A DNA stretch of 64,000 nucleotides from Limisphaerales bacterium (lineage in GTDB: Bacteria > Verrucomicrobiota > Verrucomicrobiia > Limisphaerales > UBA1096). Numbering within the stretch: the first letter of the stretch is position 1; the number at the start of each line of letters is the position of its first letter. The stretch is from positions 86,359 through 150,358 of the forward strand of contig SHAK01000001.1 in assembly GCA_004213515.1 (NCBI GenBank). Direction: 5' to 3'. A program made the position numbers and the translations under genes. The notes under the pieces were generated by a model, which saw nothing but the letters and a program-made list of their open reading frames with translations, ran no database searches and had not been told where the DNA came from. Positions 1 through 10,730 of this stretch are shown in pieces.

Positions 1-1
1 C

Positions 2-1849
2 AAAAGAAAATACGAGGTCATTGTTGTGGGCAGCGGTTTGGCGGGCGCCTCAGCTGCAGCATCACTTGCCGAATTGGGTTATAAAGTTAAGTGCTTTTGC
101 TATCAAGATAGTCCACGTCGCGCTCACTCAATAGCAGCTCAAGGAGGAATAAATGCCGCAAAAAATTATCAAAATGATGGGGACTCAGCATATCGACTTT
201 TTTATGACACAGTAAAAGGCGGTGATTACCGTTCCAGAGAATCAAATGTATATCGCCTCGCTCAGGTAAGTGTAGACATAATCGATCAATGCGCAGCACA
301 AGGTGTGCCCTTTGCTCGCGAGTATGGAGGATTACTCGCTAATCGATCTTTTGGTGGAGCACAAGTAAGCAGAACATTCTACGCTCGAGGTCAAACCGGA
401 CAACAATTACTTCTAGGAGCATATTCAGCACTAAATAGACAAATCAGTCTAGGAAATGTGGAAATGCATACCCGATCTGAAATGCTCGATGTAGTGATGA
501 TTGACGGGCATGCAAAGGGTATTGTAGTTCGTAATATGATATCAGGAGAAATCAGCCGACACGCTGCTCATTCAGTAGTGCTTGCAACTGGTGGATATGG
601 TAATGTTTTTTTTCTATCCACTAATGCGATGGGGTGCAACGTAACAGCATCATATCGAGCTTATAAACGTGGAGCTTGCTTTGCTAATCCTTGTTTCACT
701 CAGATTCATCCTACTTGCATTCCAGTAAGCGGAGATCACCAAAGCAAGCTCACTCTTATGAGTGAGTCACTTAGAAATGACGGCCGAGTCTGGGTACCTA
801 AAGACAAAAAAACTGCAGAAAAAATCAGAAAAGGAGAACTATCCCCAAATGATATCTCAGATAAAGACAGAGATTATTTTCTGGAACGTAAATACCCTAG
901 CTTTGGCAATCTTGTGCCTCGTGATGTAGCATCTCGAAATGCTAAAGAAGTATGTGACGAGGGAAGAAGTGTGGTTTCTTCTGGTTTAGGGGTTTATTTA
1001 GATTTTGCTGATTCTATTAAAAGAATGGGAGAAAATACCGTTCGCGAACGCTACGGTAATCTTTTCGACATGTATGAAAAGATTACTGGCACCAATGCTT
1101 ATCAAAATCCAATGACAATTTATCCTGCTGTCCACTATACAATGGGCGGTCTTTGGGTTGATTATAATTTAATGAGTAACCTACCAGGGCTATTCGCTAT
1201 CGGAGAAGCAAACTTTTCAGATCATGGAGCAAATCGTCTTGGGGCCAGCGCTTTGATGCAAGGCTTAGCAGATGGTTATTTCGTTTTACCTTACACAATA
1301 GGTCAATATTTAGCTGAAAATGGAATTAGTGACCGCCCAAGCATTGATGATTCGGCATTCTCCGTTGTTCAGGATGAAGTTGAATCACGAATTGAAACTC
1401 TGCTTTCAATTAAAGGAGATCGCACGCCTACCTCATTTCACCGTGAATTGGGACAAATCATGTGGGACAAATGCGGTATGGCTCGTAACAAGGAAGGTTT
1501 GGAAGAAGCTTTACTTACAATTCCGAAACTTCGAAAAGAATTTTGGCAAAATCTCTCTGTTCCAGGGAAAAATACTGCCCTCAATCAAAGTCTCGAACAC
1601 GCCGGACGTGTTGCAGATTTTCTAGAGTTTGGGGAATTGATGTGTCGTGATGCATTACAACGCGAGGAGTCCTGCGGTGGCCACTTTCGTGAAGAACATC
1701 AAACACCTGAAGGTGAAGCAAAACGAAATGATGATGACTTTTCCTACGTTTCTGCCTGGGAGCATAAAGGAGAGAACAAAAAACCTCAGTTACATAAAGA
1801 AAATCTTGTCTACGATGAGGTAAAAATGACACAAAGGAGCTACAAGTGA
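2..1849 (+). CDS. sdhA: Succinate dehydrogenase/fumarate reductase flavoprotein subunit, partial: the 5' end lies before the window, the frame is open to position 2, and the FAD-binding [11 protein letters not shown] motif is at the window start
   Basis: Translation contains the Rossmann motif [32 protein letters not shown] and [10 protein letters not shown], all typical of SdhA/FrdA. Length is about 607 aa. Confidence 0.95.
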   Translation, partial: KRKYEVIVVGSGLAGASAAASLAELGYKVKCFCYQDSPRRAHSIAAQGGINAAKNYQNDGDSAYRLFYDTVKGGDYRSRESNVYRLAQVSVDIIDQCAAQGVPFAREYGGLLANRSFGGAQVSRTFYARGQTGQQLLLGAYSALNRQISLGNVEMHTRSEMLDVVMIDGHAKGIVVRNMISGEISRHAAHSVVLATGGYGNVFFLSTNAMGCNVTASYRAYKRGACFANPCFTQIHPTCIPVSGDHQSKLTLMSESLRNDGRVWVPKDKKTAEKIRKGELSPNDISDKDRDYFLERKYPSFGNLVPRDVASRNAKEVCDEGRSVVSSGLGVYLDFADSIKRMGENTVRERYGNLFDMYEKITGTNAYQNPMTIYPAVHYTMGGLWVDYNLMSNLPGLFAIGEANFSDHGANRLGASALMQGLADGYFVLPYTIGQYLAENGISDRPSIDDSAFSVVQDEVESRIETLLSIKGDRTPTSFHRELGQIMWDKCGMARNKEGLEEALLTIPKLRKEFWQNLSVPGKNTALNQSLEHAGRVADFLEFGELMCRDALQREESCGGHFREEHQTPEGEAKRNDDDFSYVSAWEHKGENKKPQLHKENLVYDEVKMTQRSYK

Positions 1850-2613
1850 TCAGTGAAACAATGAATTTAAAACTCAAAGTATGGCGTCAGGATAATGCTG
1901 AAGATGATGGTCGCTTTGAATATTTCGAGGCCCTCGACATAAGCCCAGACATGTCTTTCCTAGAGATGCTGGACGTAGTGAATGAAGGGATTATTTCAGA
2001 CGGAGATGAAGCTATTGCATTCGACTCCGATTGCCGAGAGGGTATTTGCGGTACATGTTCAATGGTTATTAATGGAGTTCCTCACGGAGGCCAAAAGGGG
2101 ACTACAGCTTGCCAACTGCACATGAGGCACTTCAATGACGGAGACACCATTGTTATCGAACCATGGAGGGCTACAGCATTCCCAGTGCATCGAGACCTTA
2201 TCGTCGACCGTTCTTCCTTTGATAGAATTCAACGGTCTGGAGGATTCATTAGTGTGCGAACTGGAAGCGTCCCTGATGCAAATGCAACGCCAGTGGCAAA
2301 AGAGAACTCTGATCTAGCAATGGATGCGGCACAGTGTATTGGTTGTGGAGCCTGCGTAGCTGCCTGTAAAAATGCTAGTGCCATGTTATTTGTAGCAGCA
2401 AAAGTATCACACCTTAGCCTTATGCCTCAGGGTCAACCCGAACGCAACCGTCGAGCATTAGCCATGGTAAATCAAATGGATGAAGAAGGCTTTGGTAATT
2501 GTAGCGTAAATGGTTCCTGCGAAGCAGTTTGCCCAAAAGAAATTTCCCTAGACTTCATTGCCAGAATGAATCGTGAGTATGGCAGGGCTCTGCTTAAAAA
2601 AGGTTGCAGTTAA
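1846..2613 (+). CDS. sdhB: Succinate dehydrogenase/fumarate reductase iron-sulfur subunit
   Basis: Three Cys clusters are present: [17 protein letters not shown] (2Fe-2S), [12 protein letters not shown] (4Fe-4S) and CPKEI (3Fe-4S). A GTG at 1846 overlaps the sdhA TGA stop (GTGA). An in-frame ATG at 1861 is an alternative start, and AAAGGAG lies upstream. Confidence 0.95.
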   Translation: MISETMNLKLKVWRQDNAEDDGRFEYFEALDISPDMSFLEMLDVVNEGIISDGDEAIAFDSDCREGICGTCSMVINGVPHGGQKGTTACQLHMRHFNDGDTIVIEPWRATAFPVHRDLIVDRSSFDRIQRSGGFISVRTGSVPDANATPVAKENSDLAMDAAQCIGCGACVAACKNASAMLFVAAKVSHLSLMPQGQPERNRRALAMVNQMDEEGFGNCSVNGSCEAVCPKEISLDFIARMNREYGRALLKKGCS

Positions 2614-2634
2614 CAAGTTGTAACTTTGTTAATG

Positions 2635-4092
2635 TCACGAAAGCACATCGTGAATCACATTACCATGGACATCAGTTAGTCTTCGCTCGAATCCATTATG
2701 ATAAAAAGTGAGGCGTTCATGGTTTAAGCCAAGTAAATGAAGTATAGTGGCATGCAGGTCATGGACTGAAGAAATATTCTGCTCCGCTTTCCATCCAAAT
2801 CTATCAGTGGCACCGTAGCTGTATCCACTTTTAACACCTGCCCCTGCAAGCCATGCAGTGAATCCATCAGGGTTATGATCGCGTCCACTAGCACCCTTTT
2901 GAAAAGTAGGCATCCGTCCAAATTCGGTGCACCAAACAACCAAAGTCTCATCAAGCAGACCGCGCTGCTTCAAATCACGAATAAGCGCTGCGGCTGGTTG
3001 ATCTAACACAGGACCATGTTTTGAATATTGCTGCTGCAATGCTTTGTGACCATCCCAATTACTTACACCTTCGCCACCGGTTTGGTAGGCTCCATTAAAA
3101 AGCTGGACAAATCGCACACCCTTTTCAAGGAGACGACGAGCAAGAATACAGTTCTTTGCAAAACCAGACTTAATAGGATTACTCACATCGTCAGCTCCAT
3201 ACATTTTCATGGTAGTGCTATTTTCCGTGGAAAGATCGCTAACTTCCGGGACACTGAGCTGCATGCGAGCGGCGAGCTCATAACTGGATATACGGGCAGC
3301 CAGCTCGGTATCTCCTGGAAATTTTTCCAAATGTTTCTCGTTAAGTCTCTGAAGAAAACTTCGGGTAGCTGAATCTGTTTTAGCACTCACACCGGAAGGA
3401 CGGACTAAATTACGCAGTGGTTTTGTAGCATTAAAATCAGTACCCTGAAATGCTGCAGGCAAGAATCCTGGGCCCCAATTATTAACACTACTCTGAGGTG
3501 TTCCTCGAGGGTCCGGTATTGCCACATAGGAAGGCAGCTCTTCATTTTCAGATCCAAGTGCCCAAGTCACCCAAGCGCCCATACTTGGGAAACCATCAAG
3601 GGTATAGCCAGTGGACATAAAATTTTCTCCTGGACCATGGGTATTCGTCTTACCTGTAAGCGAGTGTATAAAACATAATTCATCTGCTAACTCGCCTAAT
3701 TGTGGGACTAAATCAGAAATCATCTTTCCTGTCTGCCCCCGTGGTTTGAAGTTCCAAGGGCTCTTGATGAGGTTGCCCTGTTCACCTTGAAAAGTTTTAA
3801 GATTTTCTCCACCAGGCATAGGTTGACCATGAAACTTGATCAGATCTGGCTTGTAATCAAACGTGTCAAGTTGGCTACATGCACCAGAACAGAAAATCAC
3901 AATTACATTTTTTGCAGATGGTGAAAAATGAGGATTACGAGCCGAAAAAGGTTTAGTAGGTTCAATGTTTGGCCTTATGGGTTCATTGGAAGCCAACAAA
4001 CCATCCCTAGCCAATAAGCTAGTCAAGGCAATCCCCCCCAGCCCTTTGCCGGTGTCTTTTAAAAAATTACGACGATTTAAAAAGGAATTCAT
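2635..4092 (-). CDS. DUF1501 family protein (sulfatase-like fold) with a twin-arginine signal
   Basis: The N-terminus [28 protein letters not shown] is a Tat motif. The DUF1501 signatures HGPGENFM, GGGVKxG and the C-terminal [14 protein letters not shown] match the paralog at 56779-58212. Confidence 0.85.
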   Translation of the reverse strand: MNSFLNRRNFLKDTGKGLGGIALTSLLARDGLLASNEPIRPNIEPTKPFSARNPHFSPSAKNVIVIFCSGACSQLDTFDYKPDLIKFHGQPMPGGENLKTFQGEQGNLIKSPWNFKPRGQTGKMISDLVPQLGELADELCFIHSLTGKTNTHGPGENFMSTGYTLDGFPSMGAWVTWALGSENEELPSYVAIPDPRGTPQSSVNNWGPGFLPAAFQGTDFNATKPLRNLVRPSGVSAKTDSATRSFLQRLNEKHLEKFPGDTELAARISSYELAARMQLSVPEVSDLSTENSTTMKMYGADDVSNPIKSGFAKNCILARRLLEKGVRFVQLFNGAYQTGGEGVSNWDGHKALQQQYSKHGPVLDQPAAALIRDLKQRGLLDETLVVWCTEFGRMPTFQKGASGRDHNPDGFTAWLAGAGVKSGYSYGATDRFGWKAEQNISSVHDLHATILHLLGLNHERLTFYHNGFERRLTDVHGNVIHDVLS

Positions 4093-4095
4093 TTC

Positions 4096-6528
4096 TTAAG
4101 GAACAAAAACAAACTCATTTGAATTGAATAAAGCCCTAGTAAACTGGGACAAACCCTCGGATTCAATAAAAGCTGAAGAGCTGTGCACTTCAGACTTTGA
4201 AGGGGAACGGTTAAAACACAATTCAAATGCATGTTTCACTTGAGCCACTGTGTTAGAGCCAACGTCCCTTTTAAGGCGATATGAAAAAATTTCAGCTTGT
4301 TGCATTAAGAATGTGCTATTAAGGAGGTTCAATGCTTGCAAGGGAGTAGTAGACCGGGAGCGCTTTGGAACACTTTGACTTGCATCCGGACAGTCAAAAA
4401 CTCCGAATACACTTTCCTGCTCCTGCCTTACTTTAGTCATAAAAATCATACGACGCCAGTCAGAGGGGCCATAAGATTTTTTAGGAAAAAAATGGCGAAC
4501 ATTCTCCATCTGAACCTGAAAACCATTAAAGCCTGGACCGCCAGATTTAAGATTCAAAACACCGCTCATCATAACAACACTATCTCTAATTGCTTCAGCG
4601 GCCAAACGACGAATAGGATACCTCCAAAGCAATCGGGTAGATGCATCAATTTTCATGGCTTCAATATTAGGTCGACTACTTTGCTGCCAAGTTTTCGAGT
4701 TTAAAATCAACCGATGAATATGCTTGATTGACCAATCATTTTCCATGAACTCCACTGACAACCAATCAAGCAATTTGGGATGAGTTGGGCTCATTCCATT
4801 GATACCAAAATCACTTGGAGTACCTACAATTCCATCTCCAAAATGAAACTGCCAAAGTCGATTAACTAAAACGCGAGAGGTTAAAGGGTTATCCGGACTT
4901 GCTATCCAATCTGCTAACGCTAAACGACGCTGCTGTTCAGGTTCTGATCGACTAAGGTTTAGAGATGCAAATGCTGAAATAGCACCAGGAGAGACCTCTT
5001 CTCGTTTGGCATCCGGATCGCCGCGATAAAGCAAATACGTAGCTTTTGGCTGTGTGAAATTTCCCGCATAAACTTTATTCTGATTTTGCAAATCAACCAA
5101 TTGCTTCTCAATAACTTTAAGCTCAGAAAGCATCATTTTGCCTTTTTTAGCTTCCTTTTGAGGAAATCCAGAAAATTCATATAATGCATTTTCTTGATTA
5201 TCTTTTAGAAAAGGCTTGCGATCCGATGAACTGGAAACCTGAACCCATTCATCTGCATTTAATGCCACTTCAATTCGATATTTTACAGCAAGTCGGTCAC
5301 TAAATTTTCCTTCACGGTCTCTAGCCCATTCGATTCGGTCAATTCGTTCAACTTTAGGGAATTGAATTTGTATCCAACCTGTAGATTCAGCAGCAATCCA
5401 ACTTTTAGAATTTCCATAAAGACCATCATTTATATGTTCCAACTTATGAAATGGGTGAATGAAATCTCCAGATGAAGTCGCAATGGCTCCTGTGCTAGCC
5501 AAAGCAACATTGTCCTTATCTGAAAATATCTCTAACTCATCGATGCACGGTTGAGAAGAATTCGACCTATCAATGTTGAACCGCACAATCTTAGCTTTTA
5601 TAGCCGGAAATTTTTCCTCATTATAAGTAAAACTAACAGGTTTTCGAAGTGCTCCTGATTTTGGAATGAACCTAGATAAACTTTCCTTAAGCCTTACTTT
5701 CTCTGCCTTTTTTTGTTGGATTTCTCTCTTAATTTTTTGGCTTAATTTGAGCGATCTATCCCCATGTGAAACGCCTGCAAATATTGCTTGCATAGAATAG
5801 TAGTCCTTCTGAGAAATAGGATCAAACTTGTGATCATGGCAACGCGCACAGCCTGTAGTAAGTCCAAGGAATGTTGTGCCTGTTGCATTAATCATATCGT
5901 CAAGTTCATTCATTCGTTGCATTTTGCCAAGTTTGGGATCTTGCCCCTTAACAATATCATTTGGTCCCGCAACCAAAAACCCGGTGCCAATACCCTGACC
6001 TAAAGCGTCTCCAACAAGTTGTTCCCGAATAAACTGATCATAAGGTTTATCAATGTTAAGGGAATCGATCACCCAATCTCTGTAATGCCATGCGTTAGGC
6101 CGCTCTCGATTGGTTTCAAAACCAGTCGTTTCACCAAAACGAACCAAGTCTAACCAATGGCTAGCCCAACGCTCTCCATAACGCTGACTAGCAAGCACCT
6201 TTTCAATTAATCGAGAAAATGCATCAGGTGCTGAATCAGCAATAAATTCTTGAACTTGCTCTGGTGTAGGAGGCAATCCATGCATGATAAGATACAAACG
6301 TCGAACAAGTGTTATTCGATCTGCAACCTTTGAATGAACCAATCCGTTGGCGTGCAGTTTTTTTGCTATAAGGCCATCAATCGGATTCAAAGCGCCAATT
6401 ATTACTGGTCTTTTTACAGGTCTAAATGCCCAATGATCCTTTATATCAATCGCTTGGCACAATGGAAGCGCAGTAAAAAAGCTAGCAACAAAAAACATTG
6501 CTAAACCCTTGTGCAAAAAAGAAATCAC
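4096..6528 (-). CDS. DUF1549/DUF1553 domain protein with an inserted discoidin (F5/8 type C)-like domain
   Basis: The N-terminal signal peptide is followed by DHWAFRP (DUF1549) and the C-terminal DUF1553 region (NRLWQFHFG, DCPDxS, TTPLQALNLLN). The central segment NIDRSNSSQPCIDELEIF...WIAAESTGWIQIQF is discoidin-like. The gene sits 3 nt upstream of the DUF1501 gene. Confidence 0.85.
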   Translation of the reverse strand: MISFLHKGLAMFFVASFFTALPLCQAIDIKDHWAFRPVKRPVIIGALNPIDGLIAKKLHANGLVHSKVADRITLVRRLYLIMHGLPPTPEQVQEFIADSAPDAFSRLIEKVLASQRYGERWASHWLDLVRFGETTGFETNRERPNAWHYRDWVIDSLNIDKPYDQFIREQLVGDALGQGIGTGFLVAGPNDIVKGQDPKLGKMQRMNELDDMINATGTTFLGLTTGCARCHDHKFDPISQKDYYSMQAIFAGVSHGDRSLKLSQKIKREIQQKKAEKVRLKESLSRFIPKSGALRKPVSFTYNEEKFPAIKAKIVRFNIDRSNSSQPCIDELEIFSDKDNVALASTGAIATSSGDFIHPFHKLEHINDGLYGNSKSWIAAESTGWIQIQFPKVERIDRIEWARDREGKFSDRLAVKYRIEVALNADEWVQVSSSSDRKPFLKDNQENALYEFSGFPQKEAKKGKMMLSELKVIEKQLVDLQNQNKVYAGNFTQPKATYLLYRGDPDAKREEVSPGAISAFASLNLSRSEPEQQRRLALADWIASPDNPLTSRVLVNRLWQFHFGDGIVGTPSDFGINGMSPTHPKLLDWLSVEFMENDWSIKHIHRLILNSKTWQQSSRPNIEAMKIDASTRLLWRYPIRRLAAEAIRDSVVMMSGVLNLKSGGPGFNGFQVQMENVRHFFPKKSYGPSDWRRMIFMTKVRQEQESVFGVFDCPDASQSVPKRSRSTTPLQALNLLNSTFLMQQAEIFSYRLKRDVGSNTVAQVKHAFELCFNRSPSKSEVHSSSAFIESEGLSQFTRALFNSNEFVFVP

Positions 6529-6605
6529 GGCGAGAGTCTACAATTCCCGCCGCGCCAATCAAGCTGTTAGAAAACAACCAACAGTCTAAAATCAGTTAAA
6601 ACAGC

Positions 6606-8327
6606 CTACATAATTTCTTTGAGTAAAATATTTAGCAAATCATCAACACTAACTCGCCGCTGTTCCATGCTATCTCGCTCTCGAAGGGTAACAGTATCTT
6701 TGTTTTCCTCACCATTTTCACCAATCGTGTCGAAGTCTATTGTTACTCCAAAAGGGGTTCCAACCTCATCTTGCCTACGATATCGACGACCAATCGCACC
6801 AGTCTCATCATAAAACACTGTCATATAGGGCTGAAGCATAGCACGAATTTCCATAGCTTTGGCTACAAGCTCAGGCTTGTTCTTGAGTAATGGAAATACA
6901 CCTACTTTTACAGGCGCTATACGGGGATGAAAACGCATTACTGTTCTCGTTTCAGTTTTACCTTTATCGTTGGTCACTTCCTCCTCATCAAAAGCATCAC
7001 AAATAAATGCTAGAACTGTCCTATCTGCCCCTGCAGCGGGTTCGATGACATGTGGCACAAATCGTTCTTTAGATTCCTCATCGTGATATGTTAAATCCTT
7101 TCCACTTCCGGGGTATTTAGGTTTTCCATTCTTATCTTTTTCAACAACAAGCTCGTCACCCTCACGAACAAGCTTACCCTCCATATGTGAACGCAAATCA
7201 AAATCCCCTCGGTGAGCAATCCCTTCAAGCTCACCATATTCTCCTTCCTCACAAAATGGAAATGAGTATTCCACATCTGCTGTTCCCACGGAATAGTGAG
7301 CCAATTCAGCTTCCTCATGATCACGAAGAATCAATTTTTCTTCACTAATACCAAGATCAACATACCATTTAAAACGACGATCACGCCAAAATTGATACCA
7401 TTCACGGGACTCACTTGGGTGACAGAAAAACTCCATTTCCATTTGCTCGAACTCCCGGGTTCGAAAAGTAAAGTTTCGCGGGGTAATTTCGTTTCTAAAA
7501 CTCTTTCCTTGTTGCGCAATTCCAAAAGGCACTTTAATGCGACTACTATCAACAACATTTCGAAAATTAACAAACATCCCTTGTGCCGTTTCAGGCCTTA
7601 GGAACGCCTTATTATCATCATTTTGCATAGCTCCAATGTGTGTTTCAAACATCAGATTAAACTCACGCGGTTCTGTCAGTGACCCTAATTCCTTTGCATC
7701 TGGAGCAAGAACTAGTTCTGGCTGCTCTACTGAAGTCAGATCCACAACCTGACTATTCCACTTCAGCTGTTCGGAATACTTAGCCTTTAACTTAAAATAT
7801 TGAAGCGCTCGCTTGGTAATTTCTTCCCTTGCATCCCCATCGGTAATACAAGATATAAAAACCTTTTGATCGTCATACTCAATCCACGCACCTTTAATAT
7901 GATCATAGCGATATCTACGTTTAGTTTCTCGACAGTCCACCATCATATCATGAAATAGATCGTAATGACCCGATGTCTTCCAAACTCTGGGATGCATAAT
8001 AATTGAAGATTCTATACCGGTCATTTGGAATTGGCGTGGAGCACCCTTCGGCTGTATTCGTTCATTGTGCGCAGTTACCATATCTGCCCACCAAGCATTT
8101 TTGATATTACGCTTCAACTCGATGCCAAGAGGTCCGTAATCCCACAAACCATTTAATCCTCCGTAAATTTCTGAAGACTGGAATACAAAGCCTCGACGCT
8201 TGCAAAGCGATACGATCTTTTCCATCCGCTCATTTTTGTTGATTTCGTCCATTGAAAAGGCGCGGCATCTTCGCAGAGGATTGAACAGTGTCAAGGGAAC
8301 GAAAGCCTTAAATCCTTTTATTTCCAT
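6606..8327 (-). CDS. glyQS: Glycine--tRNA ligase (class II, alpha2 dimeric type)
   Basis: The sequence LCKRRGFVFQSSEIYGGLNGLWDYGPLGIELKRNIKNAWW matches the conserved GlyRS N-terminus. The true start is probably the internal ATG at 8252 (MDEINKNERMEKIV...), because the ORF-track start at 8327 adds 25 unconserved residues. Confidence 0.93.
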   Translation of the reverse strand: MEIKGFKAFVPLTLFNPLRRCRAFSMDEINKNERMEKIVSLCKRRGFVFQSSEIYGGLNGLWDYGPLGIELKRNIKNAWWADMVTAHNERIQPKGAPRQFQMTGIESSIIMHPRVWKTSGHYDLFHDMMVDCRETKRRYRYDHIKGAWIEYDDQKVFISCITDGDAREEITKRALQYFKLKAKYSEQLKWNSQVVDLTSVEQPELVLAPDAKELGSLTEPREFNLMFETHIGAMQNDDNKAFLRPETAQGMFVNFRNVVDSSRIKVPFGIAQQGKSFRNEITPRNFTFRTREFEQMEMEFFCHPSESREWYQFWRDRRFKWYVDLGISEEKLILRDHEEAELAHYSVGTADVEYSFPFCEEGEYGELEGIAHRGDFDLRSHMEGKLVREGDELVVEKDKNGKPKYPGSGKDLTYHDEESKERFVPHVIEPAAGADRTVLAFICDAFDEEEVTNDKGKTETRTVMRFHPRIAPVKVGVFPLLKNKPELVAKAMEIRAMLQPYMTVFYDETGAIGRRYRRQDEVGTPFGVTIDFDTIGENGEENKDTVTLRERDSMEQRRVSVDDLLNILLKEIM

Positions 8328-8360
8328 TGTAAAAGAGACAAATGTACGGACAATCCCTTT

Positions 8361-10730
8361 GTGCTGTTTCGCCCAGGAAGAGTTTTATTACTTGTGGCCA
8401 CATTGGTCTTAGTCTGCATGTTTGTGATGCAATTCATGCCCAAGAAACAGGCTGAAAGTAATCAATATTCCAAAGAATCTATCCGAGAGGGGGGCCTTGT
8501 AGAAGAACAGATAATGCAGCAAGTTTCTGCAATTGAGGCAAAACATCGCCAATGGGACAGTACCGTATGGGCTAATGAATTAATCGCGCGTGACTATGAG
8601 GAATCTATAATACAAATTTGGGACAAACTTCTTGCTGGAGCTGACCCATTCGAATTACTAGCAAGAATGCCGGTCAATATCCTACAATTGGGCAAACCAC
8701 AACCAACTGAAGACTGGGAATCAAACATAAGTTACACTCGTCTAGCACAAGGAGGTCCGAGCTGGTCTAAAGAACAATTAAACCAAGCACTAGGTAAATG
8801 GAAATCCGAAGGCTGGAAGCTTGAACAAAGCGAGTGGAGACATCGACATTTCACTCCAGGAGACAAAGTCGAACCAAGTTCAGTTTTTTGGATATCACTG
8901 CATCTAATTAACAAAAGGCTAAACAGACGCGGCATACTTCGCGGGAACATTACAGTCAAGTGGCAATCAATAGAAATAACGCCCGAGACATTGGCTAAGC
9001 CAGATCACATAGACCTCTCCAAATTAGATTGGATTGAACGAGAAGGCGACCCAGCATTTAAAGCAGCTAGCAGACAAAATATTCAGCCTAACGAAGGCAA
9101 CGTCTTCATTGACCCATTAATAATAACTGACTTTAACAACGACGGTATGGTCGAAATTATTCTTGGCTGCAAAAATCAAATTTACCGCAACCACGGCAAT
9201 GGAAGTCTTAAACCTGAGAAGCTTTGTCCTAAATTTGATGAGGTGGTATTCAACGTTGTCTTGGATGATTTGTCAGGAGATGGAGTAACAGATGTCATAA
9301 CAGTGGGCCATGAAGGAATTTATTTAATAGAAGGAAAATTAGATGGCACATTTCCAGGCCATGCACGATTGATTTGGTCAGCCCCAAAAAAAGTGCTCGA
9401 CCCAATGGTAGTCACTACGGGTGACATCGATAATGATGGTGACGCTGATTTATGGTTTTCTCAGTACAAACTTCCTTACGTAAAGGGACAAATGCCAAGC
9501 CCGATTTACGATAGCAATGACGGATTCCCTGGCTACCTTCTGATAAATGATGGCAGTGGCAATCTTAGCGACCGTACAAAAGCCGCTGGGCTAGAAGCTA
9601 AACGCTATCGACGATCATATAGCGCATCATTTGCTGATCTTGATAACGATCATGACTTAGACCTTGTAGTCATTAGTGATTTTTCAGGTGCTGATCTACA
9701 CCTTAATGATGGCTTAGGAAATTTTGAAGATGCTACTATGAAATTGATAGATAATCATTATGGCTTTGGCATGGCTCATAATTTTGGAGATTACGATGCA
9801 AACGGAAAAATGGATCTTATTATGATTGGAATGAACTCATGGACGGCAGAACGATTACTTTCCATGACTCTCGCTCCACCCACTCACCGTCATTACTATG
9901 ATAAGCTTGATGATCTAACTTTTGGAAACAGACTTTACTTTGGTAATGACAAAAAATTTGAACAGCGACCTATGGGCGATAAAGCTGCCAACACCGGGTG
10001 GTCATGGGGTGCCACCTCATTCGACGCAGATAATGATGGAGACATAGACCTTTATATTGCCAATGGACATAAAAGCCGCAAATCAGTTAAAGACTATGAA
10101 AGGCAATTCTGGTGTCATGATATTTACCATGCGAATTCCAATTCTAACCCAGCAATGGAGGTTTATTTTCAAAGCATCTCTGGTCGATTATATGGCGCTG
10201 GCTATTCTTACGGAGGTTATGAAAAAAATCGCTTATTACTAAACCGTGAAAATAGAAATCTAGACGATATAGCCTTTTTAATGAACACATCACACGAAAT
10301 CGACTCACGAAATGTAGTTAGTGGTGATATTGATGGTGATGGGCGTCTTGACTTAATTTTTACTCATTTCTCTGTTTGGCCTGAACCTACAACGCAGGGG
10401 CTTTTGATTGCCCGAAACCTGTGGCCAGGAGAAAATAATTGGGTAGGTTTTCGGTTATCTCAAAGCACATCTTGCCCATCTCTTAATGGCACTAAAGTCC
10501 GGCTCCGCGCTAACGGAAAAGATCAATGGCGATTTATTGTCAACGGCGACTCATATCGGTCTCAACACGCACCAATAGCACACTTTGGACTCAAGCAAAC
10601 AAAGTCGGTTGAAGAAGTTGAAGTACAATGGCCGGACGGAAAACGCACAATACTAAAGAACCCGGCCATCAGGAAATACCATAACATAAAACACAATCAA
10701 TCTCATGGCCTCACAAATTTGGCCGAATGA
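8361..10730 (+). CDS. FG-GAP repeat / ASPIC-UnbV (CRTAC1-like) beta-propeller protein with a signal anchor
   Basis: FG-GAP Ca-binding loops recur (DIDNDGDADL, DLDNDHDLDLVV, DYDANGKMDL, DADNDGDIDLYIANG, DIDGDGRLDL), and a C-terminal UnbV_ASPIC-like region is present. The 3' end overlaps the convergent hemW by 20 nt. Confidence 0.8.
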   Translation: MLFRPGRVLLLVATLVLVCMFVMQFMPKKQAESNQYSKESIREGGLVEEQIMQQVSAIEAKHRQWDSTVWANELIARDYEESIIQIWDKLLAGADPFELLARMPVNILQLGKPQPTEDWESNISYTRLAQGGPSWSKEQLNQALGKWKSEGWKLEQSEWRHRHFTPGDKVEPSSVFWISLHLINKRLNRRGILRGNITVKWQSIEITPETLAKPDHIDLSKLDWIEREGDPAFKAASRQNIQPNEGNVFIDPLIITDFNNDGMVEIILGCKNQIYRNHGNGSLKPEKLCPKFDEVVFNVVLDDLSGDGVTDVITVGHEGIYLIEGKLDGTFPGHARLIWSAPKKVLDPMVVTTGDIDNDGDADLWFSQYKLPYVKGQMPSPIYDSNDGFPGYLLINDGSGNLSDRTKAAGLEAKRYRRSYSASFADLDNDHDLDLVVISDFSGADLHLNDGLGNFEDATMKLIDNHYGFGMAHNFGDYDANGKMDLIMIGMNSWTAERLLSMTLAPPTHRHYYDKLDDLTFGNRLYFGNDKKFEQRPMGDKAANTGWSWGATSFDADNDGDIDLYIANGHKSRKSVKDYERQFWCHDIYHANSNSNPAMEVYFQSISGRLYGAGYSYGGYEKNRLLLNRENRNLDDIAFLMNTSHEIDSRNVVSGDIDGDGRLDLIFTHFSVWPEPTTQGLLIARNLWPGENNWVGFRLSQSTSCPSLNGTKVRLRANGKDQWRFIVNGDSYRSQHAPIAHFGLKQTKSVEEVEVQWPDGKRTILKNPAIRKYHNIKHNQSHGLTNLAE

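Noticed and set aside
87-1877. Several small ORFs (87-299 -, 1320-1625 +, 1581-1877 -) overlapping sdhA
   Set aside because: They are nested in a highly conserved gene and look like frame artefacts.
8252-8327. An N-terminal 25-aa extension of GlyRS (MEIKGFKAFVPLTLFNPLRRCRAFS) as a possible targeting peptide
   Set aside because: This is more likely ORF over-extension. The conserved GlyRS N-terminus begins near the internal Met at 8252, and no bacterial need for a transit peptide is evident.
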